Source of the DNA: Candidatus Omnitrophota bacterium
GTDB lineage: Bacteria; Omnitrophota; Omnitrophia; Omnitrophales; Aquincolibacteriaceae
NCBI GenBank assembly: GCA_903856085.1
Contig: CAIOAT010000004.1
Span: 20,722-84,721, forward strand
Length of the DNA stretch: 64,000 nt
Direction of reading: 5' to 3'
In this document: positions 1-11,500 of the stretch, piece by piece
Layout of the letters: the number at the start of each line of letters is the position of its first letter
Position numbering within the stretch: position 1 is the stretch's first letter
The notes under the pieces: model-generated
The model's database searches: none
What the model saw: the letters and a program-made list of their open reading frames with translations, nothing else
Told to the model about the DNA's origin: nothing
Position numbers and translations under genes: made by a program

Positions 1-265
1 ATCAGTTGCCCCGGAAATTTGTCATGCGATAGGGCTGCCATTTTTGAAGTGCGGCATTTTTCTCGATAATGACAATTCAGTCAAGGCCGTGAAGGCCCAG
101 CTCGTGGAGTTGCGAAGGATTGCCCGGGATCAAGGCACCGCAGTCGCTATCGGACATTACAGGAAGAACACGCTGGATGTCCTGGCCGAAGAGATCCCTC
201 AGCTTGAAAAAGAAGGGTTTGAGATCATTTCCCTCAGAAACGTGTTGAAAATCCAGACCGACTAG
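1..265 (+). CDS. divergent polysaccharide deacetylase (YibQ-like) family protein, C-terminal fragment; 5' end outside window
   Basis: Frame of ORF 44..265 stays open upstream to the window edge (..SVAPEICHAIGLPFLKCGIFLDNDNS..). The C-terminal motifs (FLDN, AVAIGH) resemble the YibQ/divergent polysaccharide deacetylase family. Confidence 0.4.
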   Translation, partial: SVAPEICHAIGLPFLKCGIFLDNDNSVKAVKAQLVELRRIARDQGTAVAIGHYRKNTLDVLAEEIPQLEKEGFEIISLRNVLKIQTD

Positions 266-426
266 GGCGACTTGTCGTGAAATGTGCCGCGCGGCAATCC
301 ATGGGTTTGCAGAGTCCGTTCCTGTAAGATGGAGTTGGCGGCGCGCCCGGAGCATTGCCGGAGCTTTCCTGCATGCGGGGGAGTTTTTATTAATAGAGAG
401 GCGTAACTTAGAAATGAGGATGAAAA

Positions 427-1002
427 ATGAAAGAACTTAAAGAGCTGGTAAAATTTCTTCTGGGGTTCATGCCGTGGCTTTTGTTTCTTTTTTTGTCCGG
501 CTCTACGTTAGCCAGCCTGGAAAGATCTATTATTGTCTCTCTTTTAGCCAGCGTGATCTTTAATTTTGGAGAATTGCGGAAAGGTTTTATCCTGCAATGG
601 GGAACCCTGCTTTTCTTTAGCGTGTGCGCAATCGCTGTTAATTTCAGCCACTCGATGTTCGTTGCAAAGAATATGGGAATCATTTCCAACGGATTTCTCG
701 CAGGTGTCATCTGGGGGACGATTTTTATCGGGAAGCCTTTTACCCTGCAATACGCGATGGCTGATCTACCGAAGGAACGGTGGTGTGACCCAGCGCTTAT
801 ACAGAGCTGTCGGTTTATTGCAATTATTTGGGCAGTGCTGTTGACTCTTTCCGCGCTCATAGCGTATTTCAGAGTTTTAAACCCAACGCTATGCCCCGAC
901 TGGGTTTATTTTGTTATCAGCATGGGGGTGATGTTAGGAGGGACAATCTTCACATCTTTATATAAAAAATATAAGCGAAGCCAATACCGTCCTACCGAGT
1001 AA
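427..1002 (+). CDS. hypothetical polytopic membrane protein (about 6 TM)
   Basis: 191-aa ORF with repeated hydrophobic helices. No family recognised by eye. Confidence 0.45.
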   Translation: MKELKELVKFLLGFMPWLLFLFLSGSTLASLERSIIVSLLASVIFNFGELRKGFILQWGTLLFFSVCAIAVNFSHSMFVAKNMGIISNGFLAGVIWGTIFIGKPFTLQYAMADLPKERWCDPALIQSCRFIAIIWAVLLTLSALIAYFRVLNPTLCPDWVYFVISMGVMLGGTIFTSLYKKYKRSQYRPTE

Positions 1003-1298
1003 TGAAGCAGCTTGCGAAATCATAGCTAGTTCCTCGCAAGGCTTCTCCGCTTTCTCACTCACCAGTCGGCGGTGAAAGGACGTCTGCTATAACTCAATAC
1101 AGGATCTACAGTTACAGCGAGCGAAAGCCCGAAGGCATTGTGCCCCCTTTTTATTTTTGCAATAGGGACCTTTTCATATTCTGGAATTGTCTAAGTTATT
1201 ACAAGGTGAACCGTTTTGGGATACAATGAAAAATGCTTTTCTGATAATAATTGTCTCAAATGCAATTAACAACTAAGAGATGAGAAGGAGACGCAAAG

Positions 1299-1943
1299 AT
1301 GTTTAAAAAAATTCTGGCTGTGATTTTAACCATTGCTTGTTTTTTACAACCCTCTTTGGCATTTGCCCAAGGCGAACATGGCGGCCCCGGCGGGCCTGGT
1401 GGACGTGGAGGACATGGAGGGTATGAAAGACATGGGGGTGGATCTTCCGCATTAGGAATTGTTGCTCTTTCGGTTGCGGGAGCATCGTTGCTTTATAGCG
1501 CAGGCATGTTTTACAGATCTACGCCTGCCGGCTATGTGATCGTTCCAGCGCCGATGGGAGCCGTTGTCCCAGCTTTGCCGCCTGGTTACACGGTCGTCTA
1601 TATGAGCGGTATGCCGTATTATTATTACGGAAATGCCTATTATGCAGCGGCCCCGAACGGCTATGTGGTGACAGCTCCTCCAGCCATTGCTGCACCGATT
1701 GCCGTTGCTCCGAGTGTTGCGCAGGTCCAGGCGCCCGCAGCTGCGCCTATTGCCCAACAACCTGCTGCACCCGTGGCCAATGAACCCAGTGATGCCGTTG
1801 AAACTTATATTCCAAACGGCAATGGGAGTTTTACAGTTGTGACGCTTCGGAAAACCGAAAAAGGATTTTTAGGCCCTCAGGGAGAATTTTATCCCGATCA
1901 TCCTACCGAAGCACAATTGAAGTCTCGGTATTGCAAGAAGTGA
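1299..1943 (+). CDS. hypothetical secreted/membrane-anchored protein, Gly/His-rich N-terminus and Pro/Ala/Tyr-rich region
   Basis: Signal peptide (MFKKILAVILTIACFLQPSLAFA), a GGPGGPGGRGGHGG low-complexity stretch, one hydrophobic helix and a YYYYGNAYY stretch. An RBS (aggag) precedes the ATG. Confidence 0.5.
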   Translation: MFKKILAVILTIACFLQPSLAFAQGEHGGPGGPGGRGGHGGYERHGGGSSALGIVALSVAGASLLYSAGMFYRSTPAGYVIVPAPMGAVVPALPPGYTVVYMSGMPYYYYGNAYYAAAPNGYVVTAPPAIAAPIAVAPSVAQVQAPAAAPIAQQPAAPVANEPSDAVETYIPNGNGSFTVVTLRKTEKGFLGPQGEFYPDHPTEAQLKSRYCKK

Positions 1944-2066
1944 CAGGGCTTTTTCGATTTAGGTAATGTCGTTCGGCAGCCGGGTCCGAAGGATTGCTTC
2001 GGCAGAAGTGGGATGCTTCTTTTCGAGGCGTAAAAGTCCTTCGTGAGGGTGAATTTTACTAAAAAA

Positions 2067-2102
2067 GCGTTGTGGGTGTATAATCCCGCGACGCTTTTTT
2101 TA
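2067..2102 (+). terminator. rho-independent terminator hairpin (GCGTTGTGGG..CCCGCGACGC + T-run); copy 1 of a duplicated about 40-nt terminator element
   Basis: GC-rich inverted repeat followed by TTTTTTTATT, downstream of the 1299..1943 gene. About 80 percent identical to the element at 15577..15612. Confidence 0.5.
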
Positions 2103-2136
2103 TTGGTGCGAACTTTTACGAAAGAGAAAACATTCA

Positions 2137-2880
2137 TTGAAGAATAAAGTCCCGCAAGTCACCCTGCTTTTTTGGATCATGAAGATAGCTGCAACTACTC
2201 TGGGCGAAACGGCCGGAGACCTCTTGTCTATGACGTTGAATGTGGGCTATGCGATCAGCTCGATGATTTTAATCGGGCTATTTCTGATCACGGTGATCAG
2301 TCAGTTGGCATCGGAAGAATATCATCCCTTGCTTTATTGGACCGTCATCCTTTCGACCAGTACTGCCGGGACGACGATGTCCGATTATATGGATCGCACC
2401 TTAGGGCTCGGTTATGCTAAAGGTACGCTCATCTTGATTATAATTTTGGCTTCTATTTTCATGTACTGGCGCTCCAGTGCTCATTCTTTTTCCGTCCAAA
2501 ACATTAGAACGTTTAAAGTCGAATTGCTTTATTGGATCGCCATTCTATTTTCAAATACTTTGGGCACCGCTCTGGGCGATTTTCTAGCGGATAGCTCCGG
2601 CCTTGGATTTGCGGGGGGAGCGATTCTTATAGGCGGTTTAATCACACTGACAGCCTTAGCCGCGTTTTATACCCGAATTTCTAAAACCCTGTTGTTTTGG
2701 ATAGCGTTTGTCCTGACCCGTCCGTTTGGTGCGACGATGGGGGATGTGCTTACAAAATCACATGAAAAAGGAGGGCTTAACTTCGGGACAATGGGCTCCT
2801 CCATCGTTCTCGGATCGATCCTAGGAGTTTTGATTTTGTACGTGGCGTTCAATCAGAATAAGAAAAGCGTGGCTGCGTAA
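2137..2880 (+). CDS. membrane protein with four internal repeats (COG4705-like uncharacterised membrane-anchored protein)
   Basis: A motif GxTxGDxL..(L)G(Y/F) recurs four times (GETAGDLLSMTLNVGY, GTTMSDYMDRTLGLGY, GTALGDFLADSSGLGF, GATMGDVLTKSHEKGGLNFG), each followed by a TM helix. Confidence 0.5.
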   Translation: MKNKVPQVTLLFWIMKIAATTLGETAGDLLSMTLNVGYAISSMILIGLFLITVISQLASEEYHPLLYWTVILSTSTAGTTMSDYMDRTLGLGYAKGTLILIIILASIFMYWRSSAHSFSVQNIRTFKVELLYWIAILFSNTLGTALGDFLADSSGLGFAGGAILIGGLITLTALAAFYTRISKTLLFWIAFVLTRPFGATMGDVLTKSHEKGGLNFGTMGSSIVLGSILGVLILYVAFNQNKKSVAA

Positions 2881-2982
2881 TTCGGCGGTACCTTTTTTAT
2901 TTCGATTCATTTTACAGGTATTCAAGAATTCGTTGGTTTATGGCCGGCACGTCTAGAGGTTTAATGAAAGGGAGGAAGAGCG

Positions 2983-4545
2983 TTGCGTAGCAGCTTGGCA
3001 TCTCATCAGTTGAAGAGCGCGTTTGTTATCGCCCTCTTGTTTGCTGTGAGCATCGGCATTCGATTACCTTACATGAACAAACCTTTGGGAGGGGAGCAGC
3101 AGTGGTCGACGGCGCACGCTTTGCGCATCCAGCAGATCTGGTATGAGGGCGGCGGTATTCTAAAATACAAATGGTTGCCGATCGTGACCTATAACAATCC
3201 GGCTGATAAAAATATCGACAATCAAGGACGGATCAAAGACCAGGAGGGGAATTATTATTATGTGAGCTATGGGCCGCTTGCCTATGTGGTTCCCTATTTG
3301 ATCTTTAAGGCTCTCCATGTTTACCCCGATGTCACAGCCATTCAGGTTTTTGGTTTGGCGGTGCATTTTCTCTGCTGTCTGCTTGTCTACCTTATCGCCG
3401 CCGCATTGACCCGGAAAGATTGCCGGGGTCGTTTGAACATCGCGGCCTTGATGGGACTTGCCGTTTATTTATTCTCACCGGTCGCATTGTGGAACCATTG
3501 CAATGTTTACTTTGGTGAAATCTTTGTCCAGGTGTTCTTTATCGCCGGGGTTTATATCTTTTTGAGATTGATAATCGCGTCTCACAAAGGCATTTACTAT
3601 GCGCTTCTTGGGCTTTCGGTCTTTTTGATGATTTCGACCGAGTGGCTAGGCCTATTCTTCTCTTTGGTTCTTCTCATTTATTGCCTATTCAATTTCCGAA
3701 AGCGATCGATGAAGATCATCTTTTGGGTCGTCAGCCTTTCTTCTTTAGCGGCGCTTGCGGTGATCGTTTGGCATTACTCCCAAATAGACGGGGTCCAGAG
3801 TTTGCTTCAGGTGTGGTCGGTCAAATATCTTGAAAGGGCTGGTATCGCTCAAAAATCCGATTGGGGCATGCATGTCTGGGATTTTAGGACGTGGCGTGCC
3901 ATCGCGGAACATTACAGGGTGGGTTATGGGTGGTTCTTTATAAATCTAATATATATTTATTTCATCAAAAAATGTTTTTTTGAAAAGGGTCGAAACGGAA
4001 GGATCGAAGGGATTCTTCTCGCCCTGTGTTTTTGGCCTGTTCTTATTCACCATCTTGTTTTTCTGAATTTCACGGCCGCTCATGATTTCTCGGTCCTGAA
4101 AACCGGCTTTTTGATAGCGCTTCTTACAACACTGATCTATTCGAAAATCGATCGTTATCTTTTTCTAAAATGGGGATCGGGTCTTTCCCAAGCTTTAAGG
4201 ACCCAAGGGTTGATTCTATGCTTTTGTTTCATGGTCGTATTGTCCGTAGGCGGTTATTTAGAAGCCAATAAAGGTATTGTTACGGGGAACTTCGAGGCCG
4301 TCGGCAAAGAGATCGCCAGAGTTGCGGATAAAGGAGAGGTGATTTTTCTTCGGTCGCCCTACCACTTTATCTTCCCTCAATGGGTTCTTTATGCGCATAG
4401 AAATATCGTTCGCTGGCAAAACGATCAAGCTACTTTGAAGTTCTTAAAGAAGACCGGGGCTCCTCGGGGTGTCATCATGGTTTTTAATGATCAGGGGCAG
4501 CTTGTCCGGGAGAAGCATCTCAACGTCGGTGAAGGAGAGGCGTAG
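2983..4545 (+). CDS. large polytopic membrane protein, possible GT-C-fold glycosyltransferase (ArnT/PMT-like)
   Basis: 520 aa with more than 10 predicted TM helices and large loops. Only 6 nt separate its stop from the UGM-like gene. Family assignment is by general architecture only. Confidence 0.35.
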   Translation: MRSSLASHQLKSAFVIALLFAVSIGIRLPYMNKPLGGEQQWSTAHALRIQQIWYEGGGILKYKWLPIVTYNNPADKNIDNQGRIKDQEGNYYYVSYGPLAYVVPYLIFKALHVYPDVTAIQVFGLAVHFLCCLLVYLIAAALTRKDCRGRLNIAALMGLAVYLFSPVALWNHCNVYFGEIFVQVFFIAGVYIFLRLIIASHKGIYYALLGLSVFLMISTEWLGLFFSLVLLIYCLFNFRKRSMKIIFWVVSLSSLAALAVIVWHYSQIDGVQSLLQVWSVKYLERAGIAQKSDWGMHVWDFRTWRAIAEHYRVGYGWFFINLIYIYFIKKCFFEKGRNGRIEGILLALCFWPVLIHHLVFLNFTAAHDFSVLKTGFLIALLTTLIYSKIDRYLFLKWGSGLSQALRTQGLILCFCFMVVLSVGGYLEANKGIVTGNFEAVGKEIARVADKGEVIFLRSPYHFIFPQWVLYAHRNIVRWQNDQATLKFLKKTGAPRGVIMVFNDQGQLVREKHLNVGEGEA

Positions 4546-4551
4546 GACACT

Positions 4552-6177
4552 ATGCGCACAAAGACGGCTGTTATTATCGGCGCTGGCCCGGCGGGATTGG
4601 CCGCGGCCTATGAACTTCTGGAAAAGACAAAAATTAAACCGGTGGTCTTTGAAATGTCGGAATGCGTTGGGGGGCTGTCCCGAACGGTGTCTCATCATGG
4701 AAATTACAGCGATATCGGTCCCCACCGTTTTTTTTCCAAGTCGGAGCACGTTCTTAATTGGTGGCTCAATTTCTTGCCTTTGGAAAGCAAGGCGAAAGCA
4801 GATGCCGACTCTCAGAACGCGGAGAGTTTTGCGAAGGATGCTCGCGGCAGGTCCTCGGTTCAAGAGACAGACAAAAAGATGACTCTGAGAAGAAGGGTCT
4901 CAAGGATCTTTGCTTTCGGTAAGTTCTTTGATTATCCGATCCGCTTGAACTGGCAGACGTTTTCTAACTTGGGGTTTGTTCGGGTTTCTGGGATCTTGTG
5001 GAGCTATATCCAGGCGCGTTTATCGCCCGCGAGGGAGGAAAAGACACTAGAAGACTTTTTTATCAATCGTTTCGGCAGGAAATTGTATGAAACGTTCTTT
5101 AAGAGCTATACCGAGAAGGTCTGGGGTGTGCCCTGCTGCCAGGCTAGCGCCTCCTGGGGGGCGCAACGCGTTCAGGGGCTTTCGATCGGCAAGGTTTTGG
5201 GGGATGCGATCAAAAATGCCGCGCGGGTCTGGCGTTCATCAGAGCAGCCTCAAAAGACAGAGAAAAGTTTGATCAAGTGGTTTATGTATCCCCGTTTGGG
5301 TGCGGGGCAGTTATGGGAAGAAGTGGCGGATAGGATCTGCAGCCGCGGAGGGGAAATACATAGGAGTTGTGAAGTGGTCGGTCTGCGCCAAGATGATGGC
5401 GCTATTGTAGAGGCCAGGATTCAGGAGCATTCAACCGGGCGGGAATTTACTGTTTCCGGAGATTACTTCATCTCCACGATGCCGCTTAATGATATGGTTG
5501 CGGCTCTGGATGGTCCCGTGCCGTTATCGGTTCGCTCGGTCGCCAGCGGGCTTTTATACCGGGATTTGATCCTTGTGGGATTGCTTGTTACAAAAATGAA
5601 GATCAAAAATACAACAAAAATAAAAACAGCGAATGATTTGATCCCCGATCATTGGATCTACATTCAGGAGGATGGTTTTAGACTGGGACGTTTGGTGGTC
5701 GCGAACAATTGGAGTCCCCGCTTCGTCAAGGACGGGACGAAAGCTTGGCTGGTCCTGGAATATTTCTGTCAGAAAGATGATGATCTCTGGCAGCAGCCAG
5801 ATGACAAGATGGCGCGCTTTGCTATTGAGGAACTTGTTCAATTGGGTTTCATTTATCATAGCGAAGACGTGGAAGATAGCACGGTGATCCGAGAGGCCAA
5901 GGCGTATCCGGCGTATTTAGGGAGTTACGATCAAATGGGGATCCTCAGGGAGTATGTCGACACGATCGAGAATCTGTTTCTCATCGGGCGAAATGGCACG
6001 CACCGGTATAACAATATGGACCACTCTGTGATGTCGGCCATGGAGGCCGTCGAAAATATTGCGAACGGAATCCGTTCCAAAGATAATATTTGGTCGGTGA
6101 ATGCGGAACAAGACTATCATGAAAAAGGGGTTCTTCGTGATGGCTCTAACCCCTCACGAAATAGCTCCGCTTATTGA
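4552..6177 (+). CDS. UDP-galactopyranose mutase-like FAD-dependent oxidoreductase
   Basis: N-terminal Rossmann motif [31 protein letters not shown] matches the Glf motif ELYEAFFKGYTxKQWG. C-terminal [15 protein letters not shown] matches Glf GRLGTYRYLDMD. Confidence 0.55.
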   Translation: MRTKTAVIIGAGPAGLAAAYELLEKTKIKPVVFEMSECVGGLSRTVSHHGNYSDIGPHRFFSKSEHVLNWWLNFLPLESKAKADADSQNAESFAKDARGRSSVQETDKKMTLRRRVSRIFAFGKFFDYPIRLNWQTFSNLGFVRVSGILWSYIQARLSPAREEKTLEDFFINRFGRKLYETFFKSYTEKVWGVPCCQASASWGAQRVQGLSIGKVLGDAIKNAARVWRSSEQPQKTEKSLIKWFMYPRLGAGQLWEEVADRICSRGGEIHRSCEVVGLRQDDGAIVEARIQEHSTGREFTVSGDYFISTMPLNDMVAALDGPVPLSVRSVASGLLYRDLILVGLLVTKMKIKNTTKIKTANDLIPDHWIYIQEDGFRLGRLVVANNWSPRFVKDGTKAWLVLEYFCQKDDDLWQQPDDKMARFAIEELVQLGFIYHSEDVEDSTVIREAKAYPAYLGSYDQMGILREYVDTIENLFLIGRNGTHRYNNMDHSVMSAMEAVENIANGIRSKDNIWSVNAEQDYHEKGVLRDGSNPSRNSSAY

Positions 6178-6227
6178 TCAAGAGTCTTTCGGCGAATCTG
6201 TCGAGCGACTTTCCTCTTAACTTTAGA

Positions 6228-7598
6228 TCAGACGCTGCTTTCCTGAGGATCCATCAATTCCGGAGGCGGCGGAGTATCCCGCGGGGTCTTTTTTAAGAGA
6301 TGCTTTGCGAACCCGTACTGCAAGACGACCCGGATCCCGTGATAAACAATGTAGGCATACCCCGCACCGTTCAATCCCCAGGCGTTGAGCATCCAAAAAA
6401 GGATTGGGAAATAAATGAGCGTGGGGAGGAACTGGATCCAGAAGCTCAAATGGGCCTGCCCCATGGCCAGGAGCATGGGTGCCAAGGGTAGTGACGTGAC
6501 GGCAATCGCGTTGGCGAGCATGTACCAGACCGTGACGGAATAAGCCGAGATGAATTCCCGTCCGGTCGTGATGAAAATGATCTCACGTCCCCAGATCACA
6601 AAGACAACCCAGGTGATCACCGAAAGTCCGCCCATGATGTAGGTCATGCGTTTGACTACGAAACGGAAATCCTTGAAATCTTTTTTCGCCCACAGTTTCG
6701 TGAGCTCCGGATAAAGGGACTGGAAGAGGGGATTGGTAAGCCGGTCGAGGGCGGCGCAAAGTTTTTTCGCCAGTTTGTATAAGCTGACATCCGCAAATCC
6801 GAGAAGTTTGCCAACCACCAGAATGTCGAATTCCCTAAAACCGACTTTGACGGATCCCGTCAGGTTCGTAGAGATCAGGAAATTCCAGATCCCGGGAAAA
6901 CGCTTCGTGATCCCTGAGAGGGGTTCGGCCCAGATGTTCCGGAAACCCTGACGGTGAAGTTCGATCCAGGCCATGGCTGTGAGCGATACATAATCGACGA
7001 TCTCAGTCAGCATCCAGACCCACAGGAACCCGCTCAGGCCGCAATGGAGCGTCCAGGCGATCAAGACGCCTGCGAATTTGATCCCAGAGGTGACAGACTT
7101 TTGGACCGAGAACGATTTGAATTTGTCGAAGATCCTCAAGATCCCCGTTGGGACGCCGGCAATATCAAAAATGACGATCATGCTGTAAATCACAGCGAGG
7201 CGGATCATTTCGGGAGACCAGTTCTGCCAACGCGCGATAAGGCCAGCCAGTGCGACGGAAACGACGCAACCGATCACAGCCGTCAAAGAATCCACCATCG
7301 TTCCAAATTTTACGAGTGCTTTGAATCCGGAATGATCTTTTGCGGAGAGGGCATCGGAGCCGTATTTGATCATAAATTGCCAGGACTGAAAGTTGACCAG
7401 CCGGTCCACGATCCGGACGTAGGCATCGATCAGGACCAGCATGCCGAGCTTTTCGGCGCCAAGCGCTCGCGCCGTGACCGCAAAGGTCAGGACACCCAGG
7501 ACTGCGGAGACGGTGTCCCCGCTGATCAAAAGGCCGGTGTTCTTGAACAGTCTTTTGAATGTTTCGCTCGCGAAAGTATTTTTGAAAAAAGTGATCAT
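6228..7598 (-). CDS. polysaccharide biosynthesis protein / oligosaccharide flippase (Wzx, MOP superfamily)
   Basis: 456 aa, about 12-14 TM. The N-terminal pattern (GDTVSAVLGVLTFAVTARALGAEKLGMLVLIDAYV) is typical of Pfam polysacc_synt flippases. Confidence 0.7.
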   Translation of the reverse strand: MITFFKNTFASETFKRLFKNTGLLISGDTVSAVLGVLTFAVTARALGAEKLGMLVLIDAYVRIVDRLVNFQSWQFMIKYGSDALSAKDHSGFKALVKFGTMVDSLTAVIGCVVSVALAGLIARWQNWSPEMIRLAVIYSMIVIFDIAGVPTGILRIFDKFKSFSVQKSVTSGIKFAGVLIAWTLHCGLSGFLWVWMLTEIVDYVSLTAMAWIELHRQGFRNIWAEPLSGITKRFPGIWNFLISTNLTGSVKVGFREFDILVVGKLLGFADVSLYKLAKKLCAALDRLTNPLFQSLYPELTKLWAKKDFKDFRFVVKRMTYIMGGLSVITWVVFVIWGREIIFITTGREFISAYSVTVWYMLANAIAVTSLPLAPMLLAMGQAHLSFWIQFLPTLIYFPILFWMLNAWGLNGAGYAYIVYHGIRVVLQYGFAKHLLKKTPRDTPPPPELMDPQESSV

Positions 7599-7840
7599 AG
7601 GAGTGGATTATAGCATCCATGGCAACATTCTTTGGAGTCCCGAGTTTTGATTTCTTGAGATTCCAGAATTCCTCAGGGAGCCTTGTCTCATCGTAAGGCG
7701 CGCCAGCTCTTTCTCAATGAAAATGGTTACAATTATGGATTTAAAAGTTTACAATTAGCCTCCGCGTTAAGGGATCCGTGCTTCATCCGCTCGTTTTAAC
7801 TTCAGGCTAAGCGGGCAAGATTTTTTAGGAGAGCCGTCCG

Positions 7841-8494
7841 ATGAAACAAGAACCGAGAATCTGCAAGCCAGGGCCTGTGAACTTCCTCCGTTATTCTCTT
7901 ATCCTTCTTTTTGTTTTTTTACTTCTTCCGGCGAGCCTTTTTTCAGCGAGCATCACCAACGAGGGAACGACGATCGTGAAAGTGAACGCCCGTTCATCCC
8001 AGGGGATCGTCGGCGGAGGTTCCATCAAGCCCGGGCAGAACCTTCATCTCAAGAACGATGTTTTGTGGATCGAAGAGGTCCCGGAAGGCGGGGCGTCACA
8101 GGTTCAGCTTAAGATCATTGAGAACGACGGGCGCATCGGATATATCAACACTCCCGGAGGGCGGTACACCTTTCAACCGGCAGTGAAATCTCAGCCAATA
8201 GCGTTGAAAGAAAAAAAGACCCAAGTAGCGCTCAAGGAGGGTTATTCGGAGAATCGCAGCAATTTGGCGATGCTGCTTAGTCTCATCGATAAGGGGAACA
8301 AACAAAGTTATTTACTTCTTTTGCCGGGGCAAAAAGGGGCGATCCCGAAAGATACGGTAGAGGTTATTGCGGACCGGCATGGATGGTCATCTGGGGATGT
8401 CAAAATATCACTCTTCCTGGTAATGCCGGACGGGAAAGAACACATGATCCAGACTTCGCACGCCGTTGTCCGAATAGACGAAAATACCAACTAG
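7841..8494 (+). CDS. hypothetical secreted protein
   Basis: N-terminal hydrophobic signal sequence (LILLFVFLLLPASLFSAS). No recognisable domain. Confidence 0.45.
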   Translation: MKQEPRICKPGPVNFLRYSLILLFVFLLLPASLFSASITNEGTTIVKVNARSSQGIVGGGSIKPGQNLHLKNDVLWIEEVPEGGASQVQLKIIENDGRIGYINTPGGRYTFQPAVKSQPIALKEKKTQVALKEGYSENRSNLAMLLSLIDKGNKQSYLLLLPGQKGAIPKDTVEVIADRHGWSSGDVKISLFLVMPDGKEHMIQTSHAVVRIDENTN

Positions 8495-8573
8495 GATTAC
8501 ACTATTATGAATTTCATGGTTCACGGTGCGTCTAAAGTTTTCAGGCGGTTTTGAATATTAAACGAGGATTTTT

Positions 8574-11500
8574 GTGAACGATCAAAAAACAACATCTCTC
8601 CCTAGAGCTAGTAACCCGTACGTGGCGGTAGCGTTGCTTCTGGCCATTCTTATCTTTGGGACATTTTTTACCTGGTGGACGGTTTTGCAGGCTGACCGCG
8701 TGGATCGCGAGGACCTGCTTCAACAGGCGCAGTTAGTGGCCCACGCGATTAGCATCGACCGCATCCAGAATCTTTCAGGCGCAGAGGCAGATCTCAGCAA
8801 TCCCAACTATTTGAAGCTCAAGGAACAGCTTGCGGCCGTCCGTTTGGCCAACCCCATGTGCCGATTCCTTTATTTTTTAGGACGTAAGCCGGACGGGCAG
8901 TTATTTTTTTTCGTGGACAGTGAACCCTCCAGTTCGAAAGACTATTCCCCTCCCGGGCAAATCTTTGGTGAGGCTCCGGTCGAGTATCACCGCATGTTCG
9001 ATACCAAAGTCACGGTTGTCGATGGTCCGATTCCTGACCGTTGGGGCGTGTGGGTCTCAGCGCTGGTTCCGGTGATCGATCCGAAAACCAGAGCCGTGGC
9101 CGCCGTGTTTGGGATGGATGTTGATGCCAGAACCTGGAAATGGGATGTGGCCTCAAAGGCCGCCCTTCCCGCGGGATTGATGATCGTATTACTCATAGGT
9201 GTGGGGGCCGCGTTTTTTTCGTCTCGTAGCGTTTCCGTATCGCCCAAACCGGTCTTGCGGCGTCTGATGATGCCCCTTACGATTATGGTGTTCCTGCTGA
9301 TGGTTGGTGTGGGGACGATCTTGTGGTATCAGCACCAGCGGCAATTGGCTGCGGGTATAGCAAACATTGCTTCCGAGGTTGCCGGTGATCTGCACTTGGC
9401 GCTGGACCAGCAGACGGCGGGCCTGGCTGCGGCCTTGCAGCCTATTGTCATCGATTCAGGCTTGCAGAAGGCTCTGCGTGAAGGCGATGCTGACCGCTTG
9501 TTTGCCACTTGGCGGCCTGTCTTCGACGCGATGCATCGAGAAAACCACCTTACGCATTTCAACTTCATCACAGTCGATCGCATTGTCCTGCTGCGCGTCC
9601 AGGATCCGAAAAAACGGGGCGACCTCGTCAATCGCTTCACGATCCTTGAGGCCGAGCGCACTGGCAAGATCGCCTCAGGCATCGAATCGGGATTGGTCGG
9701 TGTTTTTACACTGCGCGTAGTGCAACCGGTTTTTGCCGAAGGTAAGCTTATCGGATATGTAGAGCTTGGCAAAGAGATGGAGGAGGTGCTGAAATCGTTG
9801 CCCTATCGGCCCGGCATTCAACTTGCCGTGGTCATTCGCAAAGAGAATCTGAACCGACAGAAATGTGAAGAAGGTATGCGCCTGCTTGGGCGGGATGTCG
9901 AGTGGGATCGCCTGCCCCGAAGCGTGGTAATTTTTGCTTCCCAGGGACGTTTGCCGGGAGCCTTCGCGTTTTGGGCGGACAGCCTTTCGGGTGACCACAC
10001 CCACGTCGGAATGGAAAGAGAGATTACCTTCCAAGGGAAGGATTGGCGGCTATCCGCGACGCCCTTGTCGGACGCTTCGGGCAAAGAGGTCGGCAATCTG
10101 TTGGTGATGAGTGATGTCTCCGTTCAAAAGGCGGTCTTCGCGCACCTGCTGGCCCTGGGCGGAACTGGCAGTGTGGTGCTGCTCATGCTGTTGCTCGCCT
10201 TTCTCTACGTTCTGCTTCGGCGCACTGACGCAGGAATTCTTGCTCAGCAGACCAGATTGCAAAAGAGTGAGGCCCATTTTCGAAGTTATTTTGAGCTTCC
10301 CCTTATTGGCATTGCTGTTATTTCGCCTAGTAAAGGCTGGGTTCAGGTCAATGATCGGATCTGTTCCTTGCTCGGTTATACCCGGGAAGAGCTTGTCCAA
10401 ATGACCTGGTCAGAAATGACCCACCCGGAAGACCTTGTCTTAGATATCGAGCAATTTGATCGTTTGTTATCTGGTCAAATTGAGCAATATACCCTTGAGA
10501 AACGGTTTATCCGTAAAGACGGGCAAGCTGTCTGGACAGGTCTTTCCGCGGGGTGCGTGCGGGATTCCAAGGGGGATTCGGAATATATGGTTGCTTTCAT
10601 TAACGACATCAGCGAGCGTAAGAAGGCGGAAGATGAGGCAACACAAGAGCAGGCCCTCAACAAGACCATCATTGAAAGCATCCCCGGGACTTTCTACATG
10701 GTTGATGCGAATGGCCGGTATCTTCGATGGAGCGCCTATCAACGCGATGAAATTGTTGGAAAACCGGAAAGCCAAGTTGCCTCGAGCTATGCCAAGGACA
10801 CCATCCATCCGGACGATCGTGAGCGCGTCCTTGCGAAAATCACGAACGTTTTAAAGTATGGTATGGATGAGGTCGTAGAGGGCCGAGTTCTGTTGCGCGG
10901 CGGGCCTGCCTTCCGGTGGATGCTGATGACGGGGCGGCGACTTATCATCCAAGGCAATCCCGTCCTGATTGGTATCGGCATTGACATCACCGAACGCAAG
11001 AAGACGGAGGAGGCTCTGAGCGTCAGCAAGGCAGAGCTTGATCTCGCGATGAGGTCAGCCAAAATGGGCGTCTGGCAATTTAATATAGTCGAGAACAAAC
11101 GTTTTTTTGATGATCAGACATGCTCTCTTCTGGGGCTCGATCCGGCGACCTTTGGCGGAACGGCCGAGGAATTATATGCGGTAATACATTCCGAGGACCG
11201 TGAAAAGATCAAAGCAGCTTTCGCCCGCACGGTTGAAAAGGGTGTGCCTTACCAACCTGAATATCGCGTGGTTTGGCCTGATGGGAGTATTCATTACATC
11301 ACCAGTCGGGGTGAATTGGTCCGTGATGAGAAAGGTGGCCCTGAAAGGGTCCACGGCATTCTCTGGGATATTTCCGAACAAAAACAGGCGGAAGAATTGA
11401 TAAAGGATTCCGAAGAGAGATTGCAGGTATTGTTTGAATTCGCTCCGGATGGATATTATTTGCTCAATAGTAAAGGGGATTTTATTGGCGGCAACAGGAT

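Noticed and set aside
1003-1298. 296-nt intergenic region considered for a riboswitch or sRNA
   Set aside because: It has only weak hairpins (GGCATTGTGCC + T-run, probably a terminator for the upstream membrane-protein gene). No recognisable riboswitch consensus.
7700-7760. Near-direct repeat GTTACAATTA / GTTTACAATTAG in the Wzx/secreted-protein divergent region
   Set aside because: It is short and AT-rich and could arise by chance. It is noted as a possible regulator site but is not strong enough to call.
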